Origin: Macrostomum hystrix
Taxonomy: Eukaryota > Animalia > Platyhelminthes
Direction of reading: 5' to 3'
DNA: 64,000 nucleotides
Assembly (NCBI GenBank): GCA_950097015.1
Contig: CATNEN010000039.1
Span: forward strand, 8,742,001 to 8,806,000
This document shows, in pieces, positions 26,252-38,030 of the stretch. A model generated the notes under the pieces. The model ran no database searches and had not been told where the DNA came from. It worked only from the letters and a program-made list of their open reading frames with translations. The position numbers were made by a program, and so were the translations under genes. Numbering within the stretch: position 1 is the stretch's first letter; every line of letters starts with the position of its first letter.

Positions 26252-29200
26252 AAGTCGGGCCATATTACCGGCTGCATAGGACTGCTGCTGTTGCTGGGTT
26301 GCTGTTGTGAAAGCCGAGCTTGAGGCAGCTATGGAATACCTGGGCCACTGTGGCATTCCTGATGGTGAATAACTGGGTCTGATCTGATGCTGCTGTTGCT
26401 GTGGCTGTGGCTGCCTGATAAAACTTGGTCTCTGCAGCACTGGTGCCTTTGTCGTCTTTGGCATCTGCGGTGACAGCGGCGGCAGCGGCGACAGGGGCGG
26501 AATGGGCGGCATTTGCGGCGGTGGCAGAATGCTACCAGAAGAGCTGTGAGACATCATCTGCTGCCGCTGCTGCTGCTGTTGCAGAAGCAGCTGCTGCTGT
26601 TGCCGAATGGCAGCGAACGCAGCTGGCGGTGGAGGCGTTAGCAAAGGCGTCGTCAGTGGCCTCATCTGGGGCATCGGTGGCTGCAGACGATACGGGCGTG
26701 GACGGTAAGCCTGCTGCTGCTGCTGCTGCTGCTGCCAAAATTTTTGTTGATGCATTGCATCTTCCTCAGTAGTCAGATCGATAGTTGGCATGGAATCCGC
26801 ATAGTGAGCCGGTGTGGCGCCGTTTAGTAACGATGGAAACTGCGCCAACAAGCCTGGCTGCGGAGTCATCGACTGCGGCGTCGGCAGCTGCGGCGTCTTT
26901 CGCGACAGCGCCGTCGAAGTCGGCTTTTTGCGAGTGTACTTTTTCCTTGGCGTCGAATTCGCAGAATTGGCGCTGACTGAGGAGGCCTGCTGCTGCTGGC
27001 GCTGCTGCTGTATGTTCTGGTTCTTGAAGTCCAGGTTGCGCTGCTGCATCAACGTCTGCTGGTATCTCAGATGCTCATGGAAATAATTATTTTGCTGCTG
27101 CTGCTGATACATTGACTGTGGCGGTGCTGATAGTGACGGTGGCATCGGCTGCGCCTTCAGCTCTGGCAGAGGCTGCGGCAGCGAACTCTTGTGTACAGTC
27201 GACGCCAACGATGCCCCAGAGCTATTGCCACCGCCACCAAGATGCAGGGTTGGTGGCGGAGATATCTGCTGACTATCCGACGTGAAACGCTGCTGCTGCT
27301 GCTGCTGCTGCTGCTGCCTGTTGTCCTTACTGAGGGTCAGGGCCAGCTCATCCGTGGCAGCCTCCGCGGCCGCCACCAAGTCGTCCTCCCGGCACACGGG
27401 CGGCACAGCCAGAACTGGGGCCTCCTTGCGACGCATCGACAGAGGAGCTAAAAGAAAAAAATCATTCGTGGCTGCAATCACCGCAGACTACTCTGCCTTC
27501 ACAAGAACGTAGAATGCATCATTTTTGGCCGGGAAATCTATTGATATCATGCAGCTTTCCTCCTTCTAGGTACCTATGAGGACTATTGTATGCGCTCCTT
27601 CTAATTAAACAGATTGAGAACCCCCGGCTGAGCTGGTCCTGTCTGATTTAATCAAATCTCTTGTTATCCACCTTTTCCGCCAAAGAAATGCTTTATCTGC
27701 GATGCAATCACTTTTCATTAGTGAAATTAATCAACTTTAAAATCTGTCAGCCTTGAATGGAAACAAATTGTAGTTCATCCATGGAGCTCAGAATCTCAGA
27801 ATCAGTGTAGGCTGACTGGCTGTTGAAAATACACTAGTCAGATAGGAGACTCTAATGCAATACGTTAAGAAAAACACTGATAACTTACTCTAAATATATC
27901 GTGCAACATACACTCAGCAACATTGGAAAGCTTCCACCCTCGCGCCAGCCGTGTACGCTCGTATATTTAGAGTTTCAAAACAGGTTTTTGTCGCCAGACT
28001 TGTCCCATAGACGATGCACTTGGGCCATAGACAAAATCTTAGGTCATAGACGCCAGACAAGTCGAAGGAAACAGTCGCATGGAGCAGTTCGCAACCGAAA
28101 GCAATGGTCCGCCAAATGACCTACCCGATCACCGGACATGAACCCCATAGAGCACGTTTGGGATTACCTGAAGCGCTCGATTTGGCGCGACAATCCGTCG
28201 CAAAACGTTGCCCAACTGCACGAATCACTGTCTACTTCATTGCAACAACTACCGCAAGATTTTCTGCGACGCCTGGTTCTGGGGATGCCCCGGAAAGTGA
28301 GCGCTCTGCTGCACGCACGTGGCTGCTATACGCGTTACTGACCCTGTTCTGGGCAAGTTGTCACCCATGCTCGCGCACTTTGTTTCTTTGCTGTTCCTTT
28401 GCTTCGTTCGAATCCGGATTATATATTAGTCTATGGCTCAAACCACGAATATCTCCACCCACCAAAACGTTGACCCTCGCGCACTAGGGTAAAAACCACA
28501 GAATACACAGAATATACAGTGTATTCTGTGGTAAAAACTTTTTAATGTTGCTGAGCGTATATTCAAAATGTTTGTTTTATTAGAAAGATAAACAGATTCT
28601 CCATATTTTAGCTGTCTGTGCCTCTACCTGTTTTAGAAAGTGAGCAGTGCTTACAGGAAACTTTATAAATAAATAAATTACCATTAGCGACGCACAACCT
28701 TAAAATGTTGTGACACAGAAACGTTTAGAAATGTAGCTGAACTTGTAGAAAATTTCAATACCTATCGAATGAACTACTAAACATTTCGAAATAGCGAAAA
28801 CGAAGATTTTTTCTGCATTAAAACTTTTCGCATTTGTTTCTGGAAGATAATTATTTTGGTCTTCATTAAAGTTTATCCAAGCTCAGCTCAGTAGTTAAAA
28901 CGGACAGACACACAAGCTTCAGCTAGAATATAGAGATTTTATTGAGCTTTCTAATAAAATAAACATTAAAACACAACTGTTGAAATTTATCACTGTGAAG
29001 TGGTACATCGGAATTTCCTATCTGCCCAGTGTAATTTCGGGACACCCAGTCGGCCTACACTGGTCCGGAAAATGCGTAGTTGTCTCTCCAGTTTCTAGAT
29101 GTTTTATAGAAATGATTCATGATTCATGATTCAGCACTTAACTAACGGTTGCTTTTTCTATGTGAGTCAAGACAGACTTCGACATGCTCAAAACTGTTGA

Positions 29201-32200
29201 ATTCAAAGCACTACAGAATATTTTCACAATGTGACTTCAAAGCATCACAATAGTGCAACTTTGAGGCCTTCTCAAATTCCTACAGCACAGCCTAGATGTA
29301 AGTGATAGAGCCCCAAAAGGTTTTCATGTCAGTGTCCTTGTTCGAGCAGGCCTGGTTAGATTGGAAAATGTCTGCTCTATTTGATGTGTTAAATTCGAGT
29401 TAAATTCGACTAGCACGGCATCTGGAAATATGAGACTGTCCAGAAATCCAGTACCAGGGTGTGGCCCCCTTAAGCCTCAGAGGACTAAACGCATTAGCGC
29501 GCAGTGCCCTAATTAAAGGTCTAAAAATTTGAATATTTTTACGTGGCATGACATTATTCAGAGCCTTTCATTAATACTGACAGAATGACTTTCGACAGGA
29601 TGGCTAACATCAGTGCGAAGCAAGACCACACCTGTTTTAAATGATAGTCATTTTCGTCTAAAAAGAAATTCTGAAGGTCTATATCTAGTGTGAAATTTCG
29701 AAAATTGACGTCAACAGTTCCTATTTTAGCTAAATAAGTGTTAAAATATTTTGAGTTCTCTGTTACTTACTGTAGTTATCATGTTTTCTAGTTTGTGAAG
29801 CATCTAGTTTGTGAAGCATCTAGTTTGTGAAGCATCTAGTTTGTGAGGCATCTAGTTTGTGAAGCATCTAGTTTGTGAAGCATCTAGTTTGTAAAGCATC
29901 TAGTTTGTGAAGCATCTAGTTTGTGAAGCATCTAGTTTGTGAAGCATCTAGTTTGTGAAGCATCTAGTTTGTGAAGCATCTAGTTTGTGAAGCATCTAGT
30001 TTGTGAAGCATCTAGTTTGTGAAGCATCTAGTTTGTGAAGCATCTAGTTTGTGAAGCATCTAGTTTGTGAAGCATCTAGTTTTTGAAGCATCTAGTTTGT
30101 GAAGCATCTAGTTTGTGAAGCATCTAATTTGTGAACCATCTAGTTTGTGAAGCATCTAGTTTGTGAAGCATCTAGTTTGTGAAGCATCTAGTTTGTGAAG
30201 CATCTAGTTTTTGAAGCATCTAGTTTGTGAAGCATCTAATTTGTGAACCATCTAGTTTGTGAAGCATCTAGTTTGTGAGGCATCTAGTTTGTGAAGCATC
30301 TAGTTTGTGAAGCATCTAGTTTGTGAAGCATCTAGTTTGTGAAGCATCTAGTTTTTGAAGCATCTAGTTTGTGAAGCATCTAGTTTGTGAAGCATCTAAT
30401 TTGTGAACCATCTAGTTTGTGAAGCATCTAGTTTGTGAAGCATCTAGTTTGTGAAGCATCTAGTTTGTGAAGCATCTAGTTTGTGAAGCATCTAGTTTGT
30501 GAGGCATCTAGTTTGTGAAGCATCTAGTTTGTGAAGCATCTAGTTTGTGAAGCATCTAGTTTTTGAAGCATCTAGTTTGTGAAGCATCTAATTTGTGAAC
30601 CATCTAGTTTGTGAAGCATCTAGTTTGTGAAGCATCTAGTTTGTGAAGCATCTAGTTTGTGAAGCATCTAGTTTGTGAAGCATCTAGTTTTGAAGCATCT
30701 AGTTTGTGAAGCATCTAGTTTGTGAAGCATCTAGTTTGTGAAGCATCTAGTTTGTGAAGCATCTAGTTTGTGAAGCATCTAGTTTGTGAAGCATCTAGTT
30801 GTGAAGCATCTAGTTTGTGAAGCATCTAGTTTGTGAAGCATCTAGTTTGTGAAGCATCTAGTTTTGTGAAGCATCTAGTTTGTGAAGCATCTAGTTTGTG
30901 AAGCATCTAGTTTGTGAAGCATCTAGTTTTGTGAAGCATCTAGTTTGTGAAGCATCTAGTTTGTGAAGCATCTAGTTTGTGAAGCATCTAGTTTGTGAAG
31001 CATCTAGTTTGTGAAGCATCTAGTTTGTGAAGCATCTAGTTTGTGAAGCATCTAGTTTGTGAAGCATCTAGTTTGTGAAGCATCTAGTTTGTGAAGCATC
31101 TAGTTTGTGAAGCATCTAGTTTGTGAAGCATCTAGTTTGTGAAGCATCTAGTTTGTGAAGCATCTAGTTTGTGAAGCATCTAGTTTGTGAAGCATCTAGT
31201 TTGTGAAGCATCTAATTTGTGAACCATCTAGTTTGTGAAGCATCTAGTTTGTGAAGCATCTAGTTTGTGAAGCATCTAGTTTGTGAAGCATCTAGTTTGT
31301 GAAGCATCTAGTTTGTGAAGCATCTAGTTTGTGAAGCATCTAGTTTGTGAAGCATCTAGTTTGTGAAGCATCTAGTTTGTGAAGCATCTAGTTTGTGAAG
31401 CATCTAGTTTGTGAAGCATCTAGTTTGTGAAGCATCTAGTTTGTGAAGCATCTAGTTTGTGAAGCATCTAGTTTGTGAAGCATCTAGTTTGTGAAGCATC
31501 TAGTTTGTGAAGCATCTAGTTTGTGAAGCATCTAGTTTGTGAAGCATCTAGTTTGTGAAGCATCTAGTTTGTGAAGCATCTAGTTTGTGAAGCATCTAGT
31601 TTGTGAAGCATCTAGTTTGTGAAGCATCTAGTTTGTGAAGCATCTAGTTTGTGAAGCATCTAGTTTGTGAAGCATCTAGTTTGTGAAGCATCTAGTTTGT
31701 GAAGCATCTAGTTTGTGAAGCATCTAGTTTGTGAAGCATCTAGTTTGTGAAGCATCTAGTTTGTGAAGCATCTAGTTTGTGAAGCATCTAGTTTGTGAAG
31801 CATCTAGTTTGTGAAGCATCTAGTTTTTGAAGCATCTAGTTTGTGAAGCATCTAATTTGTGAACCATCTAGTTTGTGAAGCATCTAGTTTGTGAAGCATC
31901 TAGTTTGTGAAGGCATCTAGTTTGTGAAGCATCTAGTTTGTGAGGCATCTAGTTTGTGAAGCATCTAGTTTGTGAAGCATCTAATTTGTGAACCATCTAG
32001 TTTGTGAGGCATCTAGTTTGTGAAGCATCTAGTTTGTGAGGCATCTAGTTTGTGAAGCATCTAGTTTGTGAAGCATCTAGTTTGTGAAGCATCTAGTTTG
32101 TGAAGCATCTAGTTTGTGAAGCATCTAGTTTGTGAAGCATCTAGTTTGTGAAGCATCTAGTTTGTGAAGCATCTAGTTTGTGAAGCATCTAGTTTGTGAG

Positions 32201-34673
32201 GCATCTAGTTTTTGAAGCATCTAGTTTGTGAAGCATCTAGTTTGTGAAGCATCTAGTTTGTGAAGCATCTAGTTTGTGAAGCATCTAGTTTGTGAAGCAT
32301 CTAGTTTGTGAAGCATCTAGTTTGTGAAGCATCTAGTTTGTGAAGCATCTAGTTTGTGAAGCATCTAGTTTGCGAAGCATCTAGTTTTTGAAGCATCTAG
32401 TTTGTGAAGCATCTAATTTGTGAACCATCTAGTTTGTGAAGCATCTAGTTTGTGAAGCATCTAGTTTGTGAAGCATCTAGTTTGTGAAGCATCTAGTTTG
32501 TGAAGCATCTAGTTTGTGAAGCATCTAGTTTGTGAGGCATCTAATTTGGACACTCACGTGATCTGCTGGAAGTGTCCTCAACCAGCGCCAGACGTCTCTT
32601 CTTTGGCGGCAGACGCGCCTTCTCGTACCAATGAGCAGTTGAGTCCGATTTGCTGCACAATGAACAGGAAAAGATAAATTATTCTTCTGTCAGGAAGCCA
32701 ATTTAGCACAACAGCGCATGCTACTAACCTAGTGCTCGCGCTGGCAGCAGATTTCTGTGACAGCAGCTCCAGCTGGTCAGAAGTCTGCTGTTTCGGCGAG
32801 TGCGCTGCTGGCGATGGCAGCGTCGTTGGCGTCTGCGTCGGCGGTGGCGTCGGCGGCATGTCGCCCAGAATGAAGCCAGCGGACTCTTCTTCGCTGTCCC
32901 TCTGTTCGGCCTCGTCCAGCAGCACCTGGGCAGCGAGTTTCTTCTTCCAGCCCCTCCGTTTCTTGGCTACCTGGCGGGGCTTTTCTGTTGACGCCGCAAG
33001 CACGACATCAGGCTGCGGAATGGCAAGCTGAGCCCCCTGCAGTTTCTGCTCGAACCAGTTGTGCTGCGGCAGGGAGACGCGAAGTGCTGAGGCGCTGCCG
33101 CAGGCCACAGGCAGCTGCTGACTGCCCGTCCGCTTGCCCTGCCGTTTCTGCTTTGTAGTGGCTGCAATGTGAGCAGTAAACGATGCCGGATGATCACCTC
33201 AGGCCTATCACAGTACTGCGGAGTATTAATCTCATTGAGACAGTTGAAATATGCATATAATTTTCTGTAGCTATATTAGCTAATTTCTTTTGAGATTAAA
33301 TTATAAATCAGATGAAATCATATCGTGAGCATTCATAGCTACGCATTACATAAAAAATTAATGGATAAATATGTGTATACATAGTCTGCAGGTAGAGCAG
33401 CATAACAGCTTAGTTTCCAAGCTTCAGCAATGCACTGCAGTCTAGGTCTCAACACTCAGCAATGCCTGCCAGCAAGGAGAATGGGAGGGGGAGCAGGTAG
33501 CAGCAATGCAACAATGGCAGGTGTTTTCACAGCAGCTGCACAGGGGGAGATGTACAGGCTAATGACGCACAGGTGAGGAGCTAGCTGGCTGCTTTCAAGC
33601 TGTTGGGGTGAATGGGATGGAGACGGAAGAAAAATTTCCCAGAAACTGCTGGGGTACAACGGACGAGACAGGCCGACCGCGTTTTGCATTGTTTCCCGTG
33701 GTAGCCAGCTGTGTGCGTCACACTACAGTTTTTCTATTTTTAGCTAAACTAAGAGCTGAGCTACATTCAAGACTCGATTTTAAAAATAAAAAAACATTCT
33801 ATATGCATGCTCACAAACCTTGAACTACGATATTCGCCTAAACTTTTACTCTGAGATTATTTATTAACACAGAGCAATCAAACTTCACAGCGCTCAACCA
33901 TTTCACAGTGCTCAACCATTTCACAGTGCTCAACCATTTCACAGTGCTCAACCATTTCACAGTGCTCAACCATTTCACAGTGCTCAACCATTTCACAGTG
34001 CTCAACCATTTCACAGTGCTCAACCATTTCACAGTGCTCAACCATTTCACAGTGCTCAACCATTTCACAGTGCTCAACCATTTCACAGTGCTCAGCCATT
34101 TCACAGTGCTCAACGGCGCTCATCCACTCAAAAGGGTTCAACCACTCCACGGTGCTCAACCACTCCACGTGCTCAACCACTCCACGGTGCTCAACCACTC
34201 CACGGTGCTCAAACACTCCACGGTGCTCAAACACTCCACGGTGCTCAAACACTCCACGGTGCTCAAACACTCCACGGTGCTCAACCACTCCACGGTGCTC
34301 AAACACTCCACGGTGCTCAACCACTCCACGGTGCTCAAACACTCCACGGTGCTCAAACACTCCACGGTGCTCAAACACTCCACTCGACATTATCAGCTAA
34401 ACAGGCTCTCACCAATACGTCTCGACTTTTTCATGTCCAGCCCAGACAGACTGCTGTTTGGCTGCAGTGGCGGTGCCGCTTCAGCTGCCGCGGTCGGCTT
34501 GACCGCTGTCTCGGAGTCGTCAATCATTAGCAGGCTGCTGTTGACAAGCTCGTCAACCACTGTCAGCTCTTCGCCGATTGATCCTGCGCAGTCTGAGCTG
34601 CCTTCGTCTTCGGCAGTATCCATGCTTGTAAGCTGGTGGCTGCGGATGGGTAGCGGCGTTTTTAGCAGCTTCT
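25811..34673 (-). CDS. unknown Q/P/S-rich probable nuclear protein; exons 34673-34413, 33161-32729, 32652-32558, 27447-25811; upstream exons unresolved (candidates near 37079-37319)
   Basis: GT-AG junctions with consistent phases 1/2/1; basic motifs KKRRGWKKK, LPPKKRR, PRKKYTRKK; poly-Q tracts; no folded domain recognised. Confidence 0.65.
27909..28559 (+). mobile_element. Tc1 (DD34E) non-autonomous deletion derivative
   Basis: TA-flanked TIRs cactcagcaacatt / aatgttgctgagcg; internal RSPDMNPIEHVWDYLKR...GCYTRY Tc1 C-terminus. Confidence 0.88.
28497..28530. mobile_element. 34-bp palindromic mini-element with 8-bp TSD nested in the Tc1 TIR
   Basis: gtaaaaac|cacagaatacac...gtgtattctgtg|gtaaaaac. 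Confidence 0.75.
29787..32548. repeat. 2.76-kb 16-bp satellite (~170 copies) in an intron of the Q-rich gene
   Basis: unit gcatctagtttgtgaa; begins ~10 nt from the donor at 32557. Confidence 0.97.
33884..34385. repeat. 18-bp minisatellite with two sequence domains
   Basis: gtgctcaaccatttcaca switching to gtgctcaaacactccacg. Confidence 0.92.
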
Positions 34674-36289
34674 CTGTATAAATAAATACGATAGTTGTGC
34701 AAGCTCAGGCGTTCGCAGTTTAGCTTTTCTTGTGTCCCGGGCTCTTTGAAATCTGGCTAATTCATGCGGAAACTGTTGCCGTCTCAGCTTTCCTCTATTA
34801 TAAGAGTTGAAGTTGGGAGAGCGCGCCCACATCTGTCTGCCTGAGCGCCCGCCCCTCCGCCCATGCCTGAAAGCGCAGACTGCAGCATCAGGCTGGGATG
34901 GATGAGTTCTTGCAATGCCTGGCCGCCTGTGATTGGCTCAGGATTAAGCTAGCTAAGGATCCAGGTGATTTTTTAGGATAGGGGTGTAAATTGAGCTGCT
35001 TGCTGTCACACAAGCCAGAAAACAGAAAAATTGCATATTTGAGATGACGAATTTCGGGGAAAATGATGGGAATTAGGACCCGAATGAAATGACAATTTCT
35101 CACTCAACCTGCCGCATGTGCGACTGCTTCAGCTCAGCGGGGGAATAATTTTGTTATAAACGGTCCAGTCATGCCCGTCTTTTTTCAGCTGTCGAATCCC
35201 TATATCCAGTTTAATGACGCTACGACTTACGGCAGACTTAAAAGCATGTAGAGAAGAGACAAAAGTCGCATAAGCTGCTTTACTTTATGTCACAATAAAT
35301 TCCAGCAAATAAGCCGACGGCGAACACAAACTCACTTTCACTTTCACTTATTCTTCGCAATGCTATATAGCTGGCAACCAATAGACCTGAGCGATCACTC
35401 GCAGCGCGTGTGGCAAGTCTTAGTTTTTTATTCTCCAATATCCAGCAGCTACAGATTAGGCGCAAAATAACTGCAGTTTTAATTTGCAGCAGCAAGACAG
35501 CGCAGTCGCAACTGAAGATATAGTCTGCCCGCATGCATGCAGACACGGCAGATAAAATATAAACGCTTTCTATGAAAGCCCGCCAACGTGCTCGCACTGG
35601 GTATGTAATGTCGCCACCCCAATACCAGCCACCCCACACCCGAAGCCCGCAGTCAGCAGATAAAACACGACCTGGCATGTACGATAAAAAGTTACAAACT
35701 GCTGGCCTATATAAATATAACTAATAAGGGGCTTAGTCATTTCTCAGAGAGCTTCAGAACATGCTGTTCGTGTATCAACAGGCCCAGCTGGTTCGGTGCC
35801 ACAGAATAGGCTTTGAAATTTGTTCAGTATCAGTTCAATTATACATTTTCCGAACCCCTGATAAGCTATTCGCTATCTGCTTTAGCTGTTGTCCAACTGT
35901 CGCTTATCAATTCGTATCAATATCAATTTGACAATTTGTCTTAAAATTCTCCACGTGTGCTGTAGATGCAGACATTGTCTGAAGATTTGATTGGCCGATA
36001 TATTGTGTTAGATTGTAGGCTATAAATTATAACTGTCATAGAGCACTTCCTTGAGTTTTTCTATCATTTTCTACAACACGGCACTAAATGCTTTTAGCTA
36101 TTTGAAAATTTTGGGAACTGAGAAGCTGAAGTCCCAAATGTATTTGCGCAGCCACACGGACACAGCAAAGCCTCGATAGGTACTCAAATCAAGCTATAAA
36201 TTACTGGCTAAATAAACTAGCCTTGAAAAACTCCGGCTCGACAGAAATATCTCACATTTTTATCATCTATTTTCTATTTTATATTTTCC

Positions 36290-36960
36290 CCGTCTCATCT
36301 CTACCCTGTCTCATCTATACCCTGTCTTATCTCTCCCATGTCTCACCTCTCCTGCGTTTCATCTCTCCGTTTCTCATCTCTCCCGTGTCTCATCTCTCCG
36401 TGTCTCATCTCTCCGTGTCTCATCTCTCCCGTGTCTCATCTCTCCTGCGTTTCATCTCTCCGTTTCTCATCTCTCCCGTGTCTCATCTCTCCCGTGTCTC
36501 ATCTCTCCCGTGTCTCATCTCTCCGTTTCTCATCTCTCCCTGTCTCATCTCTCCTGCGTTTCATCTCTCTGTTTCTCATCTCTCCCGTGTCTCATCTCTC
36601 CCGTGTCTCATCTCTCCGTGTCTCATATCTTCGTGCCTCATCTCTCCGTGTCTCATCTCTCCCGTGTCTCATCTCTCCTGCGTTTCATCTCTCCGTTTCT
36701 CATCTCTCCCGTGTCTCATCTCTCCCGTGTCTCATCTCTCCCGTGTCTCATCTCTCCGTTTCTCATCTCTCCCTGTCTCATCTCTCCTGCGTTTCATCTC
36801 TCTGTTTCTCATCTCTCCCGTCTCATCTCTCCCGTGTCTCATCTCTCCGTGTCTCATATCTTCGTGCCTCATCTCTCCCGTGTCTCATCTCTCCATTTCT
36901 CATCTCTCCCTGTCTCAGCCCTCCCTCAGTCTCACCTCTTTTCTGTCTCATCTCATCTGT
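36290..36960. repeat. 15-16-bp pyrimidine-rich minisatellite
   Basis: tctcatctctcccgtg. Confidence 0.9.
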
Positions 36961-37796
36961 TGATATATTTTGTGTCTTTCGGTCACCCCGTCCTAGATAT
37001 GTCACTGCCTTCAGCTTTTTCTTCAATACAAATTTGTAAATTAGAAAAAAATATTTAACATCCACAGCGATGACTCACCGTTCCTTATCCTTCCTGTACC
37101 TCGCTGCTTCAGTGAATGATATTATTATAAATGTATGCTTTTGCAGTGGCAGGTTTTTAACAACTACTGCAGGCTTTTATTTAAGCAATGCCACCCCTCC
37201 TCAGTTGAACCATCTTGCAGCCTCACAGGGACTGTAGCAGGCTCTCTATCGTGCATGATCAGTGGGTCTGGCTGTTGTTCTGCGGCTTGAGTACAGCTGC
37301 CTGCCTGCCTTCGGTTAGCTGTAAAGAGAAACACAGCGAAAATTATGACGAGGGTAACGAGAGAGAAAAATGAGAATCATATAGAAATTGAGTTAAGATC
37401 TTCAGCACTAAACAATAACAGCCATTGAGACAGGCTCTTGTATTGTATAAAAAGCTATAAGTTACCCATTGCACATCGAGTTTCTATACAATGGGTTTCA
37501 ATTTTCTGAACAATGGAAGCAAACCCTCCAGAAAGACTTCGAATAGTTTAATTCGCGTCACCCCAGTTAAATGTGTGTATATGTAGGCAGTCTTGTGTGT
37601 AGACCAGCTGTCTGTTGCTATGGGTAATAAACTTTGCTCAAAATCCATAACAGTGAGCATGCCGTACTCAAACGAACACGTGCAAGACGTCATTCCATTG
37701 TGCCTGCATTGCCATCTGTATGTTTCAGTTGATTTTTCAGCCATTCTCTCTATTGCCTCGACCTGTGTTAAGCTTAAGTTTCAACAGATCAACTCG

Positions 37797-38030
37797 TGCG
37801 GGTCAGTGGCAGAGCGGTTAACGCGTTTGCCTCTCTCGCCAATGTCCGGCCTGAACTCGATTACGCGTCGAAGCCACATTCACGTCGAGCGCATGCGCCG
37901 CGGAGAGAAGGCTAGGGGGGCTTGTCGTGCCATTTACGCCCCTGCCTGACGATGCGAAAGTTAGGGTAGATGTACACCCCTGCGTGCGTGCGTGCTCTGC
38001 AGGAGTCAGCGAAATGGGCAGAATATTTTG
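37797..38030 (+). mobile_element. SINE-like element, copy B
   Basis: tcagtggcagagcggttaacgcg (tRNA D-arm-like), aagccacattca, gtacac, caggagtcagcgaaatgggcagaat. Confidence 0.7.

Noticed and set aside
37944-37966. CTGACGA-TGC-GAAA in the SINE as a minimal hammerhead
   Set aside because: No room for stem II; better explained as a simple CCTGAC/GTTAGG hairpin, and the core is not conserved in copy C
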